The notes under the pieces are model-generated. The model was not told the origin of the DNA and did not search any database. It was given only the letters and a program-made list of their open reading frames with translations. This document shows positions 1 to 10,139 of a stretch of DNA of 64,000 bases, in pieces. The position numbers and the translations under genes are program-made. Position 1 is the stretch's first letter, and every line of letters begins with the position of its first letter. The DNA is from Alphaproteobacteria bacterium (lineage in GTDB: Bacteria > Pseudomonadota > Alphaproteobacteria > Rs-D84): positions 28,026 to 92,025 of the forward strand of contig SUUO01000003.1 of NCBI GenBank assembly GCA_015062485.1. Direction: 5' to 3'.

Positions 1-260
1 ATTTCATCGCGCAAAACGGCATAGTTTCCACCAAAAAGCACAACCCACACAAACGTCAGCAACGCCACCACAACACCACCACGCGCATTGATATTATCCG
101 GCACCAGTGAAAATTTATCACAAATCATCGGTGCGCATTTCCACACCAAAAACATCAAAGGCAACGACAAAACCGCCCACCACAAAAACGCAGGCGCGAC
201 CAATGCCGCATTATTAAACGCACTAATTGCACTTTGCACAATAACAACATCATTAAACAT
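1..260 (-). CDS. N-terminal part of an integral membrane protein (gene runs off left edge)
   Basis: ATG at 258-260 (rc). The frame is open to position 1. Translation MFNDVVIVQSAISAFNNAALVAPAFLWWAVLSLPLMFLVW... is hydrophobic. Divergent from the next gene. Confidence 0.4.
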   Translation of the reverse strand, partial: MFNDVVIVQSAISAFNNAALVAPAFLWWAVLSLPLMFLVWKCAPMICDKFSLVPDNINARGGVVVALLTFVWVVLFGGNYAVLRDE

Positions 261-298
261 AAACTTGCCTTTTGATTTTGTTGAATTATGATATAGGT

Positions 299-982
299 AT
301 GTCTGAAAAACAAGAAATTTTTACCCTTATGGGGGGACGCGTTCGTATGCGCCGCGGTTTTTACAATCCAACATCTGACGCGGTGTGGCTGGCGGCGTTT
401 GCGCCAACGGGCGCAAAAACCGTGCTGGATGTCGGAATTGGTTCCGGCGGGGTGGGGTTGTGCATACTGGCGCATAATCCAGATATAAAATTAACGGGGA
501 TTGATGTGTCGGATGAAATGCTGAACGCGGCACGCGAAAACGCCGAATTAAATAACCGGGACATAGAACTAATCAACACCGACATTACAAAATGGCGCAC
601 AGACCGCACATTTGATATTGTTGTCACAAATCCACCATACTTTCGTGGCACGCCCGCAAAACATAACGCGCATCATAACGCAGATTTAACCACGTGGATA
701 AAGAAATGCGTCGCCCGCACAAAACCAAATGGATATTGCTGTGTTATAACAGATGCAACAACCGTGGACAAAATAATTGCAGAAATGTCCGTGAATTGTG
801 GTGATATAAATATCTTTCCGTTATTTGGTGCGCGCGACACCGCCGAACGCGTATTGTTGCGTGGGCGCGTGGGCGCACGGGGTGGGGCAACGCTGCATCG
901 CGGGTTGCCTATGAATTGGGACCCGGTATTGCGCGATGGCTTGACTATCGCCGAATCATTGGGTAAACTGTCCAAGATATGA
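299..982 (+). CDS. SAM-dependent methyltransferase with NPPY motif (TrmN6/YfiC-like)
   Basis: VLDVGIGSGGVG SAM motif I and VTNPPYF catalytic motif. ORF 272..982; ATG at 299 preferred. Confidence 0.8.
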   Translation: MSEKQEIFTLMGGRVRMRRGFYNPTSDAVWLAAFAPTGAKTVLDVGIGSGGVGLCILAHNPDIKLTGIDVSDEMLNAARENAELNNRDIELINTDITKWRTDRTFDIVVTNPPYFRGTPAKHNAHHNADLTTWIKKCVARTKPNGYCCVITDATTVDKIIAEMSVNCGDINIFPLFGARDTAERVLLRGRVGARGGATLHRGLPMNWDPVLRDGLTIAESLGKLSKI

Positions 983-2256
983 TAAACTTTATAACGAGAT
1001 ATTTTACATCTTTGTGGGCGTTTATAACGTCACCATTTCGCGCAATTTGGCGCGGAATTGTGCGGTTTTTTCCACCACGCGAATTTACGGTTATGGATAC
1101 ACCGCGTGGTAATGTGTATACTTTCCAGCAAAGCAGTTTTTGGCGTTTTACACGTTTTTGTGGCAAAATAGGGCTGATTATCTGGGCGTCTTGGTCGACC
1201 TATGTATTTGTATATCATCGTCCGTTATTGCAAAAACGCACCCAGCAATTAGAGGAAATTCGTGCCACACACGATCGTCATATGACTGATTTACAGACGT
1301 ATTTGGCAAAATACAACGAATTGGCGCGTAACTTAAATGTTATTGATGATAAAATCTTGAATGACAAGGAACTAAAACAGGACGAAAAAGACAAATTAAT
1401 GAATACGCGTATCAAGACGTGGGGGGAACTGGACTTCTTGCGCACACGCATAAACGAAATGTTCAAAAACGAAGATTTCGCCCCCGAATACACCAAGATG
1501 TCTGAATTATCACTTGAATACGAATTAACACGCGCCGAAAACGAAGAATTAAAGAAACGCAACACCCAAATTATGGAATCAATGGCCGAAATCGCATCGG
1601 CCGACACCCAGATTGTTGATTTGGTCACATCTATGACAACCCAGAACACCGAAGAATTACGCGCCGGAATCAAAAAGATAAAATCCACCGTCAATTCATT
1701 GGGACTAAGCGAACGTGCGCTGGTTACACGTGCAAACAAATTTTCCAGTCCAATTGTCGGTTCGGCATTCAATCCACTTGAATTCGACAAAGAAATGGAT
1801 GAAAAATACAAAAAACTGGCCGATGGTTTGGAATTATGGCACGGCCTGAACCGCTTGAACGAAATGCTGCCAATCGGCGCCCCGGTTGAAAAGGTTCGCA
1901 TCACATCCAACTATGGCAAACGTGCCGATCCATTTACCGGCGAAACCAAGCGTCACAAGGGACTCGATTTTGCGGGTAAAATTGGCACTGAATTATTTGC
2001 CGTTGCCCCTGGTCGCGTGGTTTCCGCCGGCGACAGAATAGGGTACGGCACAACGGTTGAAATCGACCACGGACTGGGCTTTACAACGCTTTATGCACAC
2101 CTGTCCCAGATAATGGTTTCACGTGGTGATTGGGTACGTCCGGGCACGGTTATCGGTCTGGGGGGCTCTTCGGGCCGTTCAACGGGACCGCACTTGCACT
2201 ATGAAATCCGTTACAAGGGCGCCCAGTTTGACCCAACTAAATTTGTAAAGGAATAA
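979..2256 (+). CDS. M23/LytM family peptidoglycan endopeptidase with N-terminal TM and coiled coil
   Basis: C-terminal HKGLDFAG ... DHGLGFTTLYAHL ... GPHLHYEIR motifs. ATGA overlap with the upstream gene. Confidence 0.9.
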   Translation: MINFITRYFTSLWAFITSPFRAIWRGIVRFFPPREFTVMDTPRGNVYTFQQSSFWRFTRFCGKIGLIIWASWSTYVFVYHRPLLQKRTQQLEEIRATHDRHMTDLQTYLAKYNELARNLNVIDDKILNDKELKQDEKDKLMNTRIKTWGELDFLRTRINEMFKNEDFAPEYTKMSELSLEYELTRAENEELKKRNTQIMESMAEIASADTQIVDLVTSMTTQNTEELRAGIKKIKSTVNSLGLSERALVTRANKFSSPIVGSAFNPLEFDKEMDEKYKKLADGLELWHGLNRLNEMLPIGAPVEKVRITSNYGKRADPFTGETKRHKGLDFAGKIGTELFAVAPGRVVSAGDRIGYGTTVEIDHGLGFTTLYAHLSQIMVSRGDWVRPGTVIGLGGSSGRSTGPHLHYEIRYKGAQFDPTKFVKE

Positions 2257-2261
2257 GAAAA

Positions 2262-2612
2262 ATGTTGGCATTTACAAACGCAAAAGAAAAACAATCACCG
2301 ACCATTATTGGCGCGGGTTGCAAATTAACCGGTGACATAAAAACAGATCACAGTGTCCAAATTCACGGCGAAATTATCGGCGATGTAACGGCCGATGTGG
2401 TCGTTATTGGTCGCGGTGGCAGTGTCCAGGGCAAAGTGACGGCATCACACCTGTTCTTGCACGGGACATTGGATGGTCCGGCAACCGTAAACACGGCAAA
2501 TATTTTCAGTGCCGCCCAAATGACCGGCGTGCTGTCTTATCATACATTGAACATCACCGGCAACACGGGCCTGGAATGCAAATTATCAAAACGAAAGGAC
2601 AAGGCAAAATGA
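2262..2612 (+). CDS. bactofilin (polymer-forming cytoskeletal protein)
   Basis: Repetitive beta-helix pattern GDIKTDHSVQIHGEIIGDVTADVVVIGRGGSVQGKVTASHLFLHGTLDG. Sits 5 nt after the M23 gene. Confidence 0.85.
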   Translation: MLAFTNAKEKQSPTIIGAGCKLTGDIKTDHSVQIHGEIIGDVTADVVVIGRGGSVQGKVTASHLFLHGTLDGPATVNTANIFSAAQMTGVLSYHTLNITGNTGLECKLSKRKDKAK

Positions 2613-3055
2613 ACAAAAACGTATCAAAAGTATTTATCGCGGCCGATCATCGTGGCGTTGGATTAAAATTATACTTGATTGAAATGTTGGCGGCGGCGGG
2701 CTATAACGTTGTAAATTTGGGCGTTGACGATCCAAACATATCCGCCGATTATCCAGACGTTGCCGCAACCCTGGCCGATGCAATGGAAAGCGATGAAAAA
2801 TCACGTGGCATCATTATTTGTGGCACGGGCGCGGGCATAATGATTGCGGCAAACCGTTACCGCCATATTCGTGCATCACGTTGTGAACGCCCAGACCAGG
2901 CGCGCGACGATCGTTTTCACGACGACACAAATGTTTTGGCATTGGCGGCCGATGACATTGACATTGAAATGGCGTTCTTGTGTGTTCAGGCATTTTTAGA
3001 AAGCCCATTTGATGCCGTCGAACGTCGCATCCGCCGAATTGAAAAAATATCTTAA
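2609..3055 (+). CDS. rpiB: ribose-5-phosphate isomerase B
   Basis: KVFIAADHRG..., IIICGTGAGIMIAANR, NVLALAA motifs. ATG 2609 overlaps the bactofilin stop (ATGA). Confidence 0.9.
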   Translation: MNKNVSKVFIAADHRGVGLKLYLIEMLAAAGYNVVNLGVDDPNISADYPDVAATLADAMESDEKSRGIIICGTGAGIMIAANRYRHIRASRCERPDQARDDRFHDDTNVLALAADDIDIEMAFLCVQAFLESPFDAVERRIRRIEKIS

Positions 3056-3082
3056 AAAATCCCGCATTATGCGGGATTTTTT
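3054..3082. terminator. bidirectional intrinsic terminator
   Basis: AAAAAAT-CCCGCA tta TGCGGG-ATTTTTT between convergent rpiB and 3082..3834. Confidence 0.85.
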
Positions 3083-3834
3083 CATTCGTTACACGGCGCG
3101 CTGTACAGATATGTACCAACGTCATCAGAATATACATTCCCCGCGCGCGAATAAAGCCAGCACGTCCCCAGGGCAGCATCACTTAGATGCGTTACTTCTT
3201 CGCACGCTGGCGCCGTCCTCAAACTCGTCCTACACGTTCCGTATGACGACGCGTCATAGTCCCTAAAAATCAAGCCCTGGCGTTCAATTGCAAGCCCACC
3301 AAGTCCAGACGGCGCCTCGTCTGGGAACATCTGGTCTTCTATGTCACTGCCACGATATGTCATCCATTTGTTCATTTCTGTAAAAAGATACACACCAAGA
3401 GTTTGCTTCTCTAATATGCTAGCTTTGCACGCATATGCGCAATTATACATACATGAATCCAAATCAGCGCTTGTATCCGCCCCCGTTTTTTCTGGAAACC
3501 ACTGTGTCGCATATGGGCGTATCATTTTACACCAACAATAATTACCCGTTTGTGTGGGCGCCGCAAGATGTTTTGCAAATGTACCCATACTTGTGAATCT
3601 CGTCGACGAACACGCTGAAATTATTCTGGCATCTGTAAGATATGTATTTACAGAACCAGCAACCGTGAAACTATGATGCGACGGCCAAATCAATTCTCCA
3701 ACTGTATAAGTGTCATTTGCCGTCCAACCAAATGCCGTACTCCCAAGAAAATCGGCCCCAATTGACACTTGGGTAATCGATGCCGCAAATGCGGGTTCTA
3801 ATACCAACATATATAATATAAATATTTTCTTCAT
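3082..3834 (-). CDS. secreted Cys-rich protein, fused L-domain + S-domain
   Basis: Signal peptide MKKIFILYMLVLEPAFA. L signature: NYCWCKM..QW..DSCMYNCAYAC. C-terminal S signature: CWLYSRAGNVYSDDVGTYLYSAPC. GGGGGG RBS. 10 Cys in the mature part. Confidence 0.85.
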   Translation of the reverse strand: MKKIFILYMLVLEPAFAASITQVSIGADFLGSTAFGWTANDTYTVGELIWPSHHSFTVAGSVNTYLTDARIISACSSTRFTSMGTFAKHLAAPTQTGNYCWCKMIRPYATQWFPEKTGADTSADLDSCMYNCAYACKASILEKQTLGVYLFTEMNKWMTYRGSDIEDQMFPDEAPSGLGGLAIERQGLIFRDYDASSYGTCRTSLRTAPACEEVTHLSDAALGTCWLYSRAGNVYSDDVGTYLYSAPCNE

Positions 3835-3854
3835 CTTTTATCCCCCCTATATTC

Positions 3855-4331
3855 TTAAAACGCCTCAAACGCACCAAAAATCTTGCCACGAAAATCTGAT
3901 GATGTTACCATATAGCTTGCACAATTAAGCGCACAACTTGTCACACACTCCAACGCCGAAGTATAAACAGTAGTATTAGCCGGCAATCTAACATAACTAG
4001 ATAAAACTGGTTCGGTCATCTGGCACCAACAATACTTATGCACACCACCCATCGCGTTTTTCAATGGTCCCACCGACGGAGACCCCGAAGCCACCGTTGA
4101 ACAATGTCCATACATCATAACCGCAACATTTTCGCCCGTATAGGGCAGTGTGCATACCACCCCATGTTTATACGCGTATTGGCTAAAAGACGAATATGCA
4201 CTTGAATGCACACACGTTGTTTGCGACGCCAGATCTGCTCTGAACGGTGAACAAATATAAGACCGCGTTGGCGTGGCAGCATTCGCAGACAAAACGCCCC
4301 CAATTAAACAAAAACATAAAAATCTTTTCAT
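3855..4331 (-). CDS. secreted Cys-rich L-family protein
   Basis: RBS AGGAGAAAGGAAAATG. Signal peptide MKRFLCFCLIGGVLSANA. KYCWCQM ... ECVTSCALNC. 9 Cys. ORF 3855..4355 trimmed to the ATG at 4331. Confidence 0.85.
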   Translation of the reverse strand: MKRFLCFCLIGGVLSANAATPTRSYICSPFRADLASQTTCVHSSAYSSFSQYAYKHGVVCTLPYTGENVAVMMYGHCSTVASGSPSVGPLKNAMGGVHKYCWCQMTEPVLSSYVRLPANTTVYTSALECVTSCALNCASYMVTSSDFRGKIFGAFEAF

Positions 4332-4628
4332 TTTCCTTTCTCCTGTTGTTATCAATCCAACGCACCCGCGTCAGATAATCAAAAACCACCATTCATCAGG
4401 TGGTCAGGAGGTTGGAAACAATCATCGGAATTGTGTCGCTTATTCAATATATTCGCAACCCTCCTGACGACAAATATCAGGAGTTTAAATTTACCGTCCG
4501 CAAGACAGATATCCATTGCGAACGCCGATGCACGGGTTTCCACACCCCATTATGACAAAAACCGCCATAACAAGTATATTATAGCGAATTCTTTCAACTT
4601 AGGCAAATACTAAGATAAATAAAAATTA
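4332..4628 (-). promoter_or_regulatory. leader module copy 1 (promoter + conserved structured 5' leader, shortened variant)
   Basis: Read on - strand: -35 TTGCCT (4601-4606), 17-nt spacer, -10 TATAAT (4578-4583). A/T motif at 4613-4628. Key 7-mers 4413-4419 (tGGAAac) and 4536-4542 (gtTTCCa). Lacks the internal T1 hairpin. Confidence 0.75.
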
Positions 4629-4677
4629 TGTCCCGAAAAATAAAAAATTTTGTAAATAATCCACCCGGCGGGATTTT

Positions 4678-5592
4678 TTATTCGTCGCCTGCGCGCGGAT
4701 GGGCGTGCGCATATATATTTGAAATATCACTCATATTAACGCGTGTATAAACTTGGGTTGCCGCCAATGATGAATGCCCCAGTAATTCCTGTAAACTTCG
4801 TAAATCCGCACCACCGGCCAATAAAGCCGTCGCAAACGTATGGCGCAATGCGTGCGGTGTCACATAGTCCGGCAACTGTAAATAATTTCGCAGGTTTTCC
4901 ACAACCTTTTCCGCCATACGCGCCGACATCGGCAGGCCCCGCACACTGCGAAACGCAACCTCGTCCGGGACCTTTTCGAACGGGTGGGTCGCCATATATT
5001 TATCCATCGCATCCCAAACCGCCGGCAATACCGGGACCAGGCGTTCCTTGTTCCCTTTACCCACGATACGCAAAACATCGGGGCGGCCCATAACATCCCG
5101 ATTTCGCAGGTTCAAGGCCTCTGATATTCGCAGGCCACACCCAAACAATAACACCACCAACGCCCAATCACGCGCCGCAACCCACGGATTTTTTACATTT
5201 GTCGCACGAATCGCCCCGTGCATATCGGCAACATCCGACACGTTTATCGCCTTGGACAATTTGCGTGGCACCTTTGGCGAAGATACAAGGCCAATTGCAT
5301 CGTTTTTTATATCGTATTTTCGCCCCAAGAACTTGTAAAACCCACGCAACGAAGACAATGCCCGCGCCGTCGATTTATACGCCAGTCCGCGCCGCTGACG
5401 ATCCGCCAAATATGCGCGGAAACAAATCGTATCTGCGCGCGACAAATCCGCGACATCCGCATCCGCACCATTAAATTTGTTAAAAAATTTCAGGAAATCT
5501 AAAACATCCATTTCATACGCATCAATCGTATTCAACGAATACCCCTTGGTATCAGACAAATATTTTAAAAATTCCTGAATAACGTCTTGCAT
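4678..5592 (-). CDS. tyrosine recombinase XerC/XerD family
   Basis: N-terminal SAM-like domain (YLSDTKGYSLNTIDAYEMDV). Catalytic region GLRISEAL, HALRHTFAT, LLGHSSLAATQVYTRV. Confidence 0.9.
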   Translation of the reverse strand: MQDVIQEFLKYLSDTKGYSLNTIDAYEMDVLDFLKFFNKFNGADADVADLSRADTICFRAYLADRQRRGLAYKSTARALSSLRGFYKFLGRKYDIKNDAIGLVSSPKVPRKLSKAINVSDVADMHGAIRATNVKNPWVAARDWALVVLLFGCGLRISEALNLRNRDVMGRPDVLRIVGKGNKERLVPVLPAVWDAMDKYMATHPFEKVPDEVAFRSVRGLPMSARMAEKVVENLRNYLQLPDYVTPHALRHTFATALLAGGADLRSLQELLGHSSLAATQVYTRVNMSDISNIYAHAHPRAGDE

Positions 5593-5595
5593 ATT

Positions 5596-6327
5596 TTACC
5601 GTATTTCAAACACCGCAGACACACCGACCGACACGTCTGTATCACGACTGACGATTGTACCGGCGGCATCCATTGTGGCGGAGACTTCTAATTTTGCCGC
5701 ACGCATTAAATTAGACATCGGACGCACCACATCACTGGTTTGCGTACCATATGACACCGCCAACAATTTTCCCGCACGCTTGCCATCGCCCGCCGCCAGG
5801 GCATCTGCACGCGTACGCGCGTTTTCAACCGCACGCGCCATACAATCTTCGACGATTGGCTTTAAAGCCTCTGGACTGGTGTACATACGCAAATCTTCGG
5901 AAAAGACATTGGTCTGTCCCGCAAACTGGGTCAGAATTTTTTCGATTGTTTCGATATTGTTTGCCGACACATCGACCGCGATTGTTGTTTCGATACCCAA
6001 TGTCACAGATTTTTGTTCATCACGATTCCATTCGGTCTTTTCATAAGAATTAAATTGCGTGGTCTGCATTTGCACATCTTGCGTTTTCAGAAATTCTGTT
6101 ATTTCTGCAACCTTGGCCGTTGCCATTTTCACGGACACCGCCGCCGACTTGTCCAACGTTGTCACACGCAGTGTAATTGCCGTTTTATCACGCGGTGCCG
6201 TCGTCAGGCATTCCCCCGTCGTCGCAATCGTGCGCGGCTCGCTTTTACGTTCCAGCGCCCCAAATATCAGCGCCAACACCGCCGCCGTTCCGATAACTGT
6301 TCCAATCCAGGTTAATGATTTTTTCAT
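5596..6327 (-). CDS. SIMPL domain (DUF541/BP26-like) periplasmic protein
   Basis: Signal/TM anchor, then the typical SIMPL pattern (ITLRVTTLDKSAA...; C-terminal VSVGVSAVFEI). Confidence 0.75.
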   Translation of the reverse strand: MKKSLTWIGTVIGTAAVLALIFGALERKSEPRTIATTGECLTTAPRDKTAITLRVTTLDKSAAVSVKMATAKVAEITEFLKTQDVQMQTTQFNSYEKTEWNRDEQKSVTLGIETTIAVDVSANNIETIEKILTQFAGQTNVFSEDLRMYTSPEALKPIVEDCMARAVENARTRADALAAGDGKRAGKLLAVSYGTQTSDVVRPMSNLMRAAKLEVSATMDAAGTIVSRDTDVSVGVSAVFEIR

Positions 6328-6346
6328 ATTCTCTCTCCTTTGCTAA

Positions 6347-7339
6347 TTATCCCAACATAGCCTTTTTAACACACGCCATTGTTTCGCGTGCAACCACACG
6401 TGCGCGCGCCGCACCCCGTGCCAAGATTTCTTCTATCTCGTCCGGATTTGCCATCAAGCGTTCGTATTCGTTGCGCGCCCCCGCAAGCGCAGAATTGATT
6501 TTTTCAAACAATATTGTTTTTGCCGTACCATATCCCATACCACCCGCACGGAACATTTCCGCAAATTCGGCGATTTCAGCATCCGTCGCAAAATGTTTGT
6601 AAAGTTGATATATGGTCGATGTATCCGGATCTTTGGATTCTTCGGGTGTCTTGGAATCCGTAATAATGCGCATAATTTTCTTTTTCAATTCCTTTTCCGG
6701 GGCAAACAATGCGATTGTGTTATCATAAGACTTGCTCATCTTTCGTCCGTCCAGACCCGGAATCAATCCCGTATCCGACCCGATTACTGGTTCTGGCAAC
6801 TTGAATATTTCGCCATATGTATTGTTGAAATATCCCGCAATATCACGTGCAAATTCAACGTGTTGTTTCTGATCGGCACCAACCGGCACAATATCAGAAT
6901 TATAAAGCAATATATCCGCCGTCATCAGAATAGGGTACGTATAAAGCCCCATATTAACCCCGGCATCTGTATCCAGGCCCGCGGCGATATTTTTATCCAT
7001 TGCCGCCTTGTACGAATGCGCACGGTTCATCAACCCCTTGGGCGTGACATTGGATAACAGCGTGTTTAATTGATAGATTTCATCAATATCCGATTGCCGA
7101 AACAGTACCGCGTTATCTAAATCCAGCCCCAATGCAATCATCAGCGCCGCAATTTCATAGGTATGCTGTTTAATTTGTGCCGCATCGTGAATAGAATTCA
7201 GCGCGTGCAAATCCGCAATAAACATAAACGTTTTATATTCACGTGCACGTTCAATCAGCGGCTTCAACGCACCGATATAGTTGCCCAAATGTGGCATTCC
7301 CGTGGGTTTAATACCCGTTAATACAATTTTATCTGACAT
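6347..7339 (-). CDS. trpS: tryptophan--tRNA ligase
   Basis: Class I motifs PTGMPHLGNY and KMSKS. 330 aa. Confidence 0.95.
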   Translation of the reverse strand: MSDKIVLTGIKPTGMPHLGNYIGALKPLIERAREYKTFMFIADLHALNSIHDAAQIKQHTYEIAALMIALGLDLDNAVLFRQSDIDEIYQLNTLLSNVTPKGLMNRAHSYKAAMDKNIAAGLDTDAGVNMGLYTYPILMTADILLYNSDIVPVGADQKQHVEFARDIAGYFNNTYGEIFKLPEPVIGSDTGLIPGLDGRKMSKSYDNTIALFAPEKELKKKIMRIITDSKTPEESKDPDTSTIYQLYKHFATDAEIAEFAEMFRAGGMGYGTAKTILFEKINSALAGARNEYERLMANPDEIEEILARGAARARVVARETMACVKKAMLG

Positions 7340-7574
7340 AATAATTACCTTTTCCTGTATTTGATTTTAATGAATTTGTTATTGAAATGAAAGCCCAAAA
7401 ATACGCGGGCAGGGTGTAAAAAATCCTTAGGCGGCAATGCGCCAACAAAAAGCACTTGAAAAGATAAATTTATTTGAACTCATACCAATCATTATAATGC
7501 ACAATTATAAAATTTGCAAGTTTTACAAAGATAACTATTTATAGTATCCACCACTAGCCACTTACACTAACCAC

Positions 7575-7604
7575 TAAAAAATCCCGCCAATGGCGGGATT
7601 TTTT
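7575..7604 (-). terminator. intrinsic terminator after leuS
   Basis: ATCCCGCC aat GGCGGGAT flanked by an A6 run and a T run. Abuts the leuS stop codon. Confidence 0.85.
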
Positions 7605-9999
7605 ACTTTTTCACAACAAAATTTACCAATTTCTTTGGGACAACAATTGTCTTGATAATCGTTGCGCCATCTAACTTGGCACCCAATGCACTTTTTGCCA
7701 TTTCAACCAATGCATCTTCGGCCACGTCCGCCGGCGCAACAAATTCCGCACCACGTTTACCGTTAACGGACGCAACAATTGTCATCTCGGTCTCAACCAG
7801 TTTCGCCGCATCAAACGTTGGCCAATCTGACAACGCCAGCATTTCATCGTGTCCCAATTTTTCCCACATTTCTTCGGTCAAATGTGGTGCAAATGGATTT
7901 AACACGCGAACCAGCGTTTCGTACGCCGCCCGCGGCATACCACCCGAAAAGGCATTGATATATTCCATCATCGCAGAAATCGCCGTATTAAATTTCATAT
8001 TTTCAACGCGCTCTGTCACATCTGCGATTAACTTGTGCATCAGGCGTTCCTGGGCCCCGGTCATTGGTACATCTGTCAAATTATCAGACATATTTTCCAC
8101 ACGTTTCAAGAAACGCTGAACCCCGGCCAGTGCACCATCGGTCCATACCGCGTTATTTTCCCACGGCCCCAGTGACAACACCGAAACACGCCCCGCATCG
8201 GCCCCAACAGAATCAACCAAATCCGCCACCATAAAACCATTCCCACGCGACTTGGACATTTTATAGCCATCATTTCCCATCAACAACCCCTGGGCGGTAC
8301 GCTTTGCATATGGCTCTGGCGTATTAACCAATCCCAAATCATACAATGCGTGATGCCAAAAGCGCGAATAAATCAAATGACGTGTGTTATGCTCGTGCCC
8401 ACCGTTATAGTGTGTAACCGGCATCCAATTTTCCATCTGCTGACGCGAACAAAATTCTTTATCATTCTTTGGATCCAGATACCGCAAATAATACCACGAC
8501 GAACCCGCCCATCCCGGCATAGTATCCGTTTCACGTTTTGCAGGCGCCCCACAGTGCGGACACGTTGTATTTACCCAATCGGTTGCACGCGCCAATGGCC
8601 CTTCGCCATCATCGGTTGGTTTATAGTCCACCATATATGGTTGCATAATCGGCAATTCAGATTCATCAACCGGTACCCAGCCACATTTTTCACAATAAAC
8701 CATTGGGATTGGTTCACCCCAATACATCTGGCGCGAAAAACCCCAGTCTTTTAATTTATATTTTGTTGTGCCACGTGCAAAGCCGTGTTCCGTACCGTAT
8801 TTAATCGCCGCGGCAATGGCTTCTTCTTTGCCCATACCGTCCAAGAAAGATGAATTTATATGCGCACCGTCGCCTTCCCAAACCTTGTCTGGTTCACCAC
8901 CGGCTAAAACCGGGATAATTTCCAGACCGAATTTTTTCGCAAAGTCCCAGTCACGACTATCGTGCGCCGGCACCGCCATAATTGTCCCATACGCATAATC
9001 AACCAATACATAGTCCGATGTGAACACCGGGATTTCTTTGCCGGTATATGGATTCAATGCCATTATACCCTCTAAACGCACACCCGTCTTTTCCTTGGTC
9101 GCGTCTGTCCGTTCAATCTCAGATTTTGCGGCAGATTCTTTGATATACGCACGTACCGCATCCGCGTTTTTAATTTTACCTTCGTCCAGCCATTTTGCCA
9201 ACAACTTGTGTTCCGGGGCAATTACACAGAACGTCACACCAAATATAGTATCTACACGCGTTGTATAAACCGTCATAACATCATCCCCAACACGGAAATC
9301 TACATCCGCGCCGTGCGATTTACCAATCAGGTTTACCTCATCTTTTTTAATACGTTCATCAAAATCAACATCTTTTAAGCCGTCTAATAATTTATCGGCA
9401 TACTTAGACAACGCCAAATTCCACTGAACCTTCATTTTCTTTTCGACCGGTCCGTGACAGCGTTCACAACAACCATCTTCTAACTCTTCATTGGTCAGGT
9501 TTGTTTTGCACGCCGGACACCAATTCATCGGCAGGGCAGATTTATACGCCAACCCCGCCTTGTAAAACTGAATAAACATCCATTGTGTCCATTTAACATA
9601 TTCCGGATCAGACGTTGCAACACGTGTTTCCGGACTGACCGACCAACCAACACGATCAATCATTTTTGAATATGCTTCTATCAATTCCTTTGCAACGTCT
9701 GCCGGATGGCGTCCAATCTTGGTGGCATAGTGTTCACCGGCAATCCCCATTGCATCAAAACCCATTGGGAACAAAACATCATATCCACGTGCACGACGAA
9801 ACCGGGCCAAGACATCGATTCCCGAATAATTCATCATATGTCCCGCGTGCATCCCGGCACCGGACAAGAACGGAAATTCCACTAACGTATAAAAACGAGG
9901 CTTCGAACCATCATCTTTCGGTACAAACGCGCGTGCATCGCGCCAGCGTTTTTGCCATTTTGCCTCACGTTCGTGAATTTTTTTGATATCATCTGCCAT
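7603..9999 (-). CDS. leuS: leucine--tRNA ligase
   Basis: GMHAGHMMNY (HIGH-type) and KMSKSRGN motifs, plus CP1 editing region. 798 aa. Confidence 0.95.
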   Translation of the reverse strand: MADDIKKIHEREAKWQKRWRDARAFVPKDDGSKPRFYTLVEFPFLSGAGMHAGHMMNYSGIDVLARFRRARGYDVLFPMGFDAMGIAGEHYATKIGRHPADVAKELIEAYSKMIDRVGWSVSPETRVATSDPEYVKWTQWMFIQFYKAGLAYKSALPMNWCPACKTNLTNEELEDGCCERCHGPVEKKMKVQWNLALSKYADKLLDGLKDVDFDERIKKDEVNLIGKSHGADVDFRVGDDVMTVYTTRVDTIFGVTFCVIAPEHKLLAKWLDEGKIKNADAVRAYIKESAAKSEIERTDATKEKTGVRLEGIMALNPYTGKEIPVFTSDYVLVDYAYGTIMAVPAHDSRDWDFAKKFGLEIIPVLAGGEPDKVWEGDGAHINSSFLDGMGKEEAIAAAIKYGTEHGFARGTTKYKLKDWGFSRQMYWGEPIPMVYCEKCGWVPVDESELPIMQPYMVDYKPTDDGEGPLARATDWVNTTCPHCGAPAKRETDTMPGWAGSSWYYLRYLDPKNDKEFCSRQQMENWMPVTHYNGGHEHNTRHLIYSRFWHHALYDLGLVNTPEPYAKRTAQGLLMGNDGYKMSKSRGNGFMVADLVDSVGADAGRVSVLSLGPWENNAVWTDGALAGVQRFLKRVENMSDNLTDVPMTGAQERLMHKLIADVTERVENMKFNTAISAMMEYINAFSGGMPRAAYETLVRVLNPFAPHLTEEMWEKLGHDEMLALSDWPTFDAAKLVETEMTIVASVNGKRGAEFVAPADVAEDALVEMAKSALGAKLDGATIIKTIVVPKKLVNFVVKK

Positions 10000-10139
10000 A
10001 ATTTCGTCCTATGTGTTATTAAAATTACCTTAACCCCCAGTTTATATTTCACGCGCACATTATTCAAGTTTTTTTATAAAGATACACAAAAAAATCTAGA
10101 CTTTTTTGATTTTTCAATAAATACTTGTTACGGGGTGCA

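Noticed and set aside
4678-5592. The Xer-type recombinase as a dedicated recombinase for shuffling or inverting the cassettes (it abuts leader copy 1).
   Set aside because: The sequence looks like an ordinary XerC/XerD housekeeping enzyme. Only one cassette is adjacent, and no inverted recombination sites flank the cassette genes. The adjacency may be coincidental.
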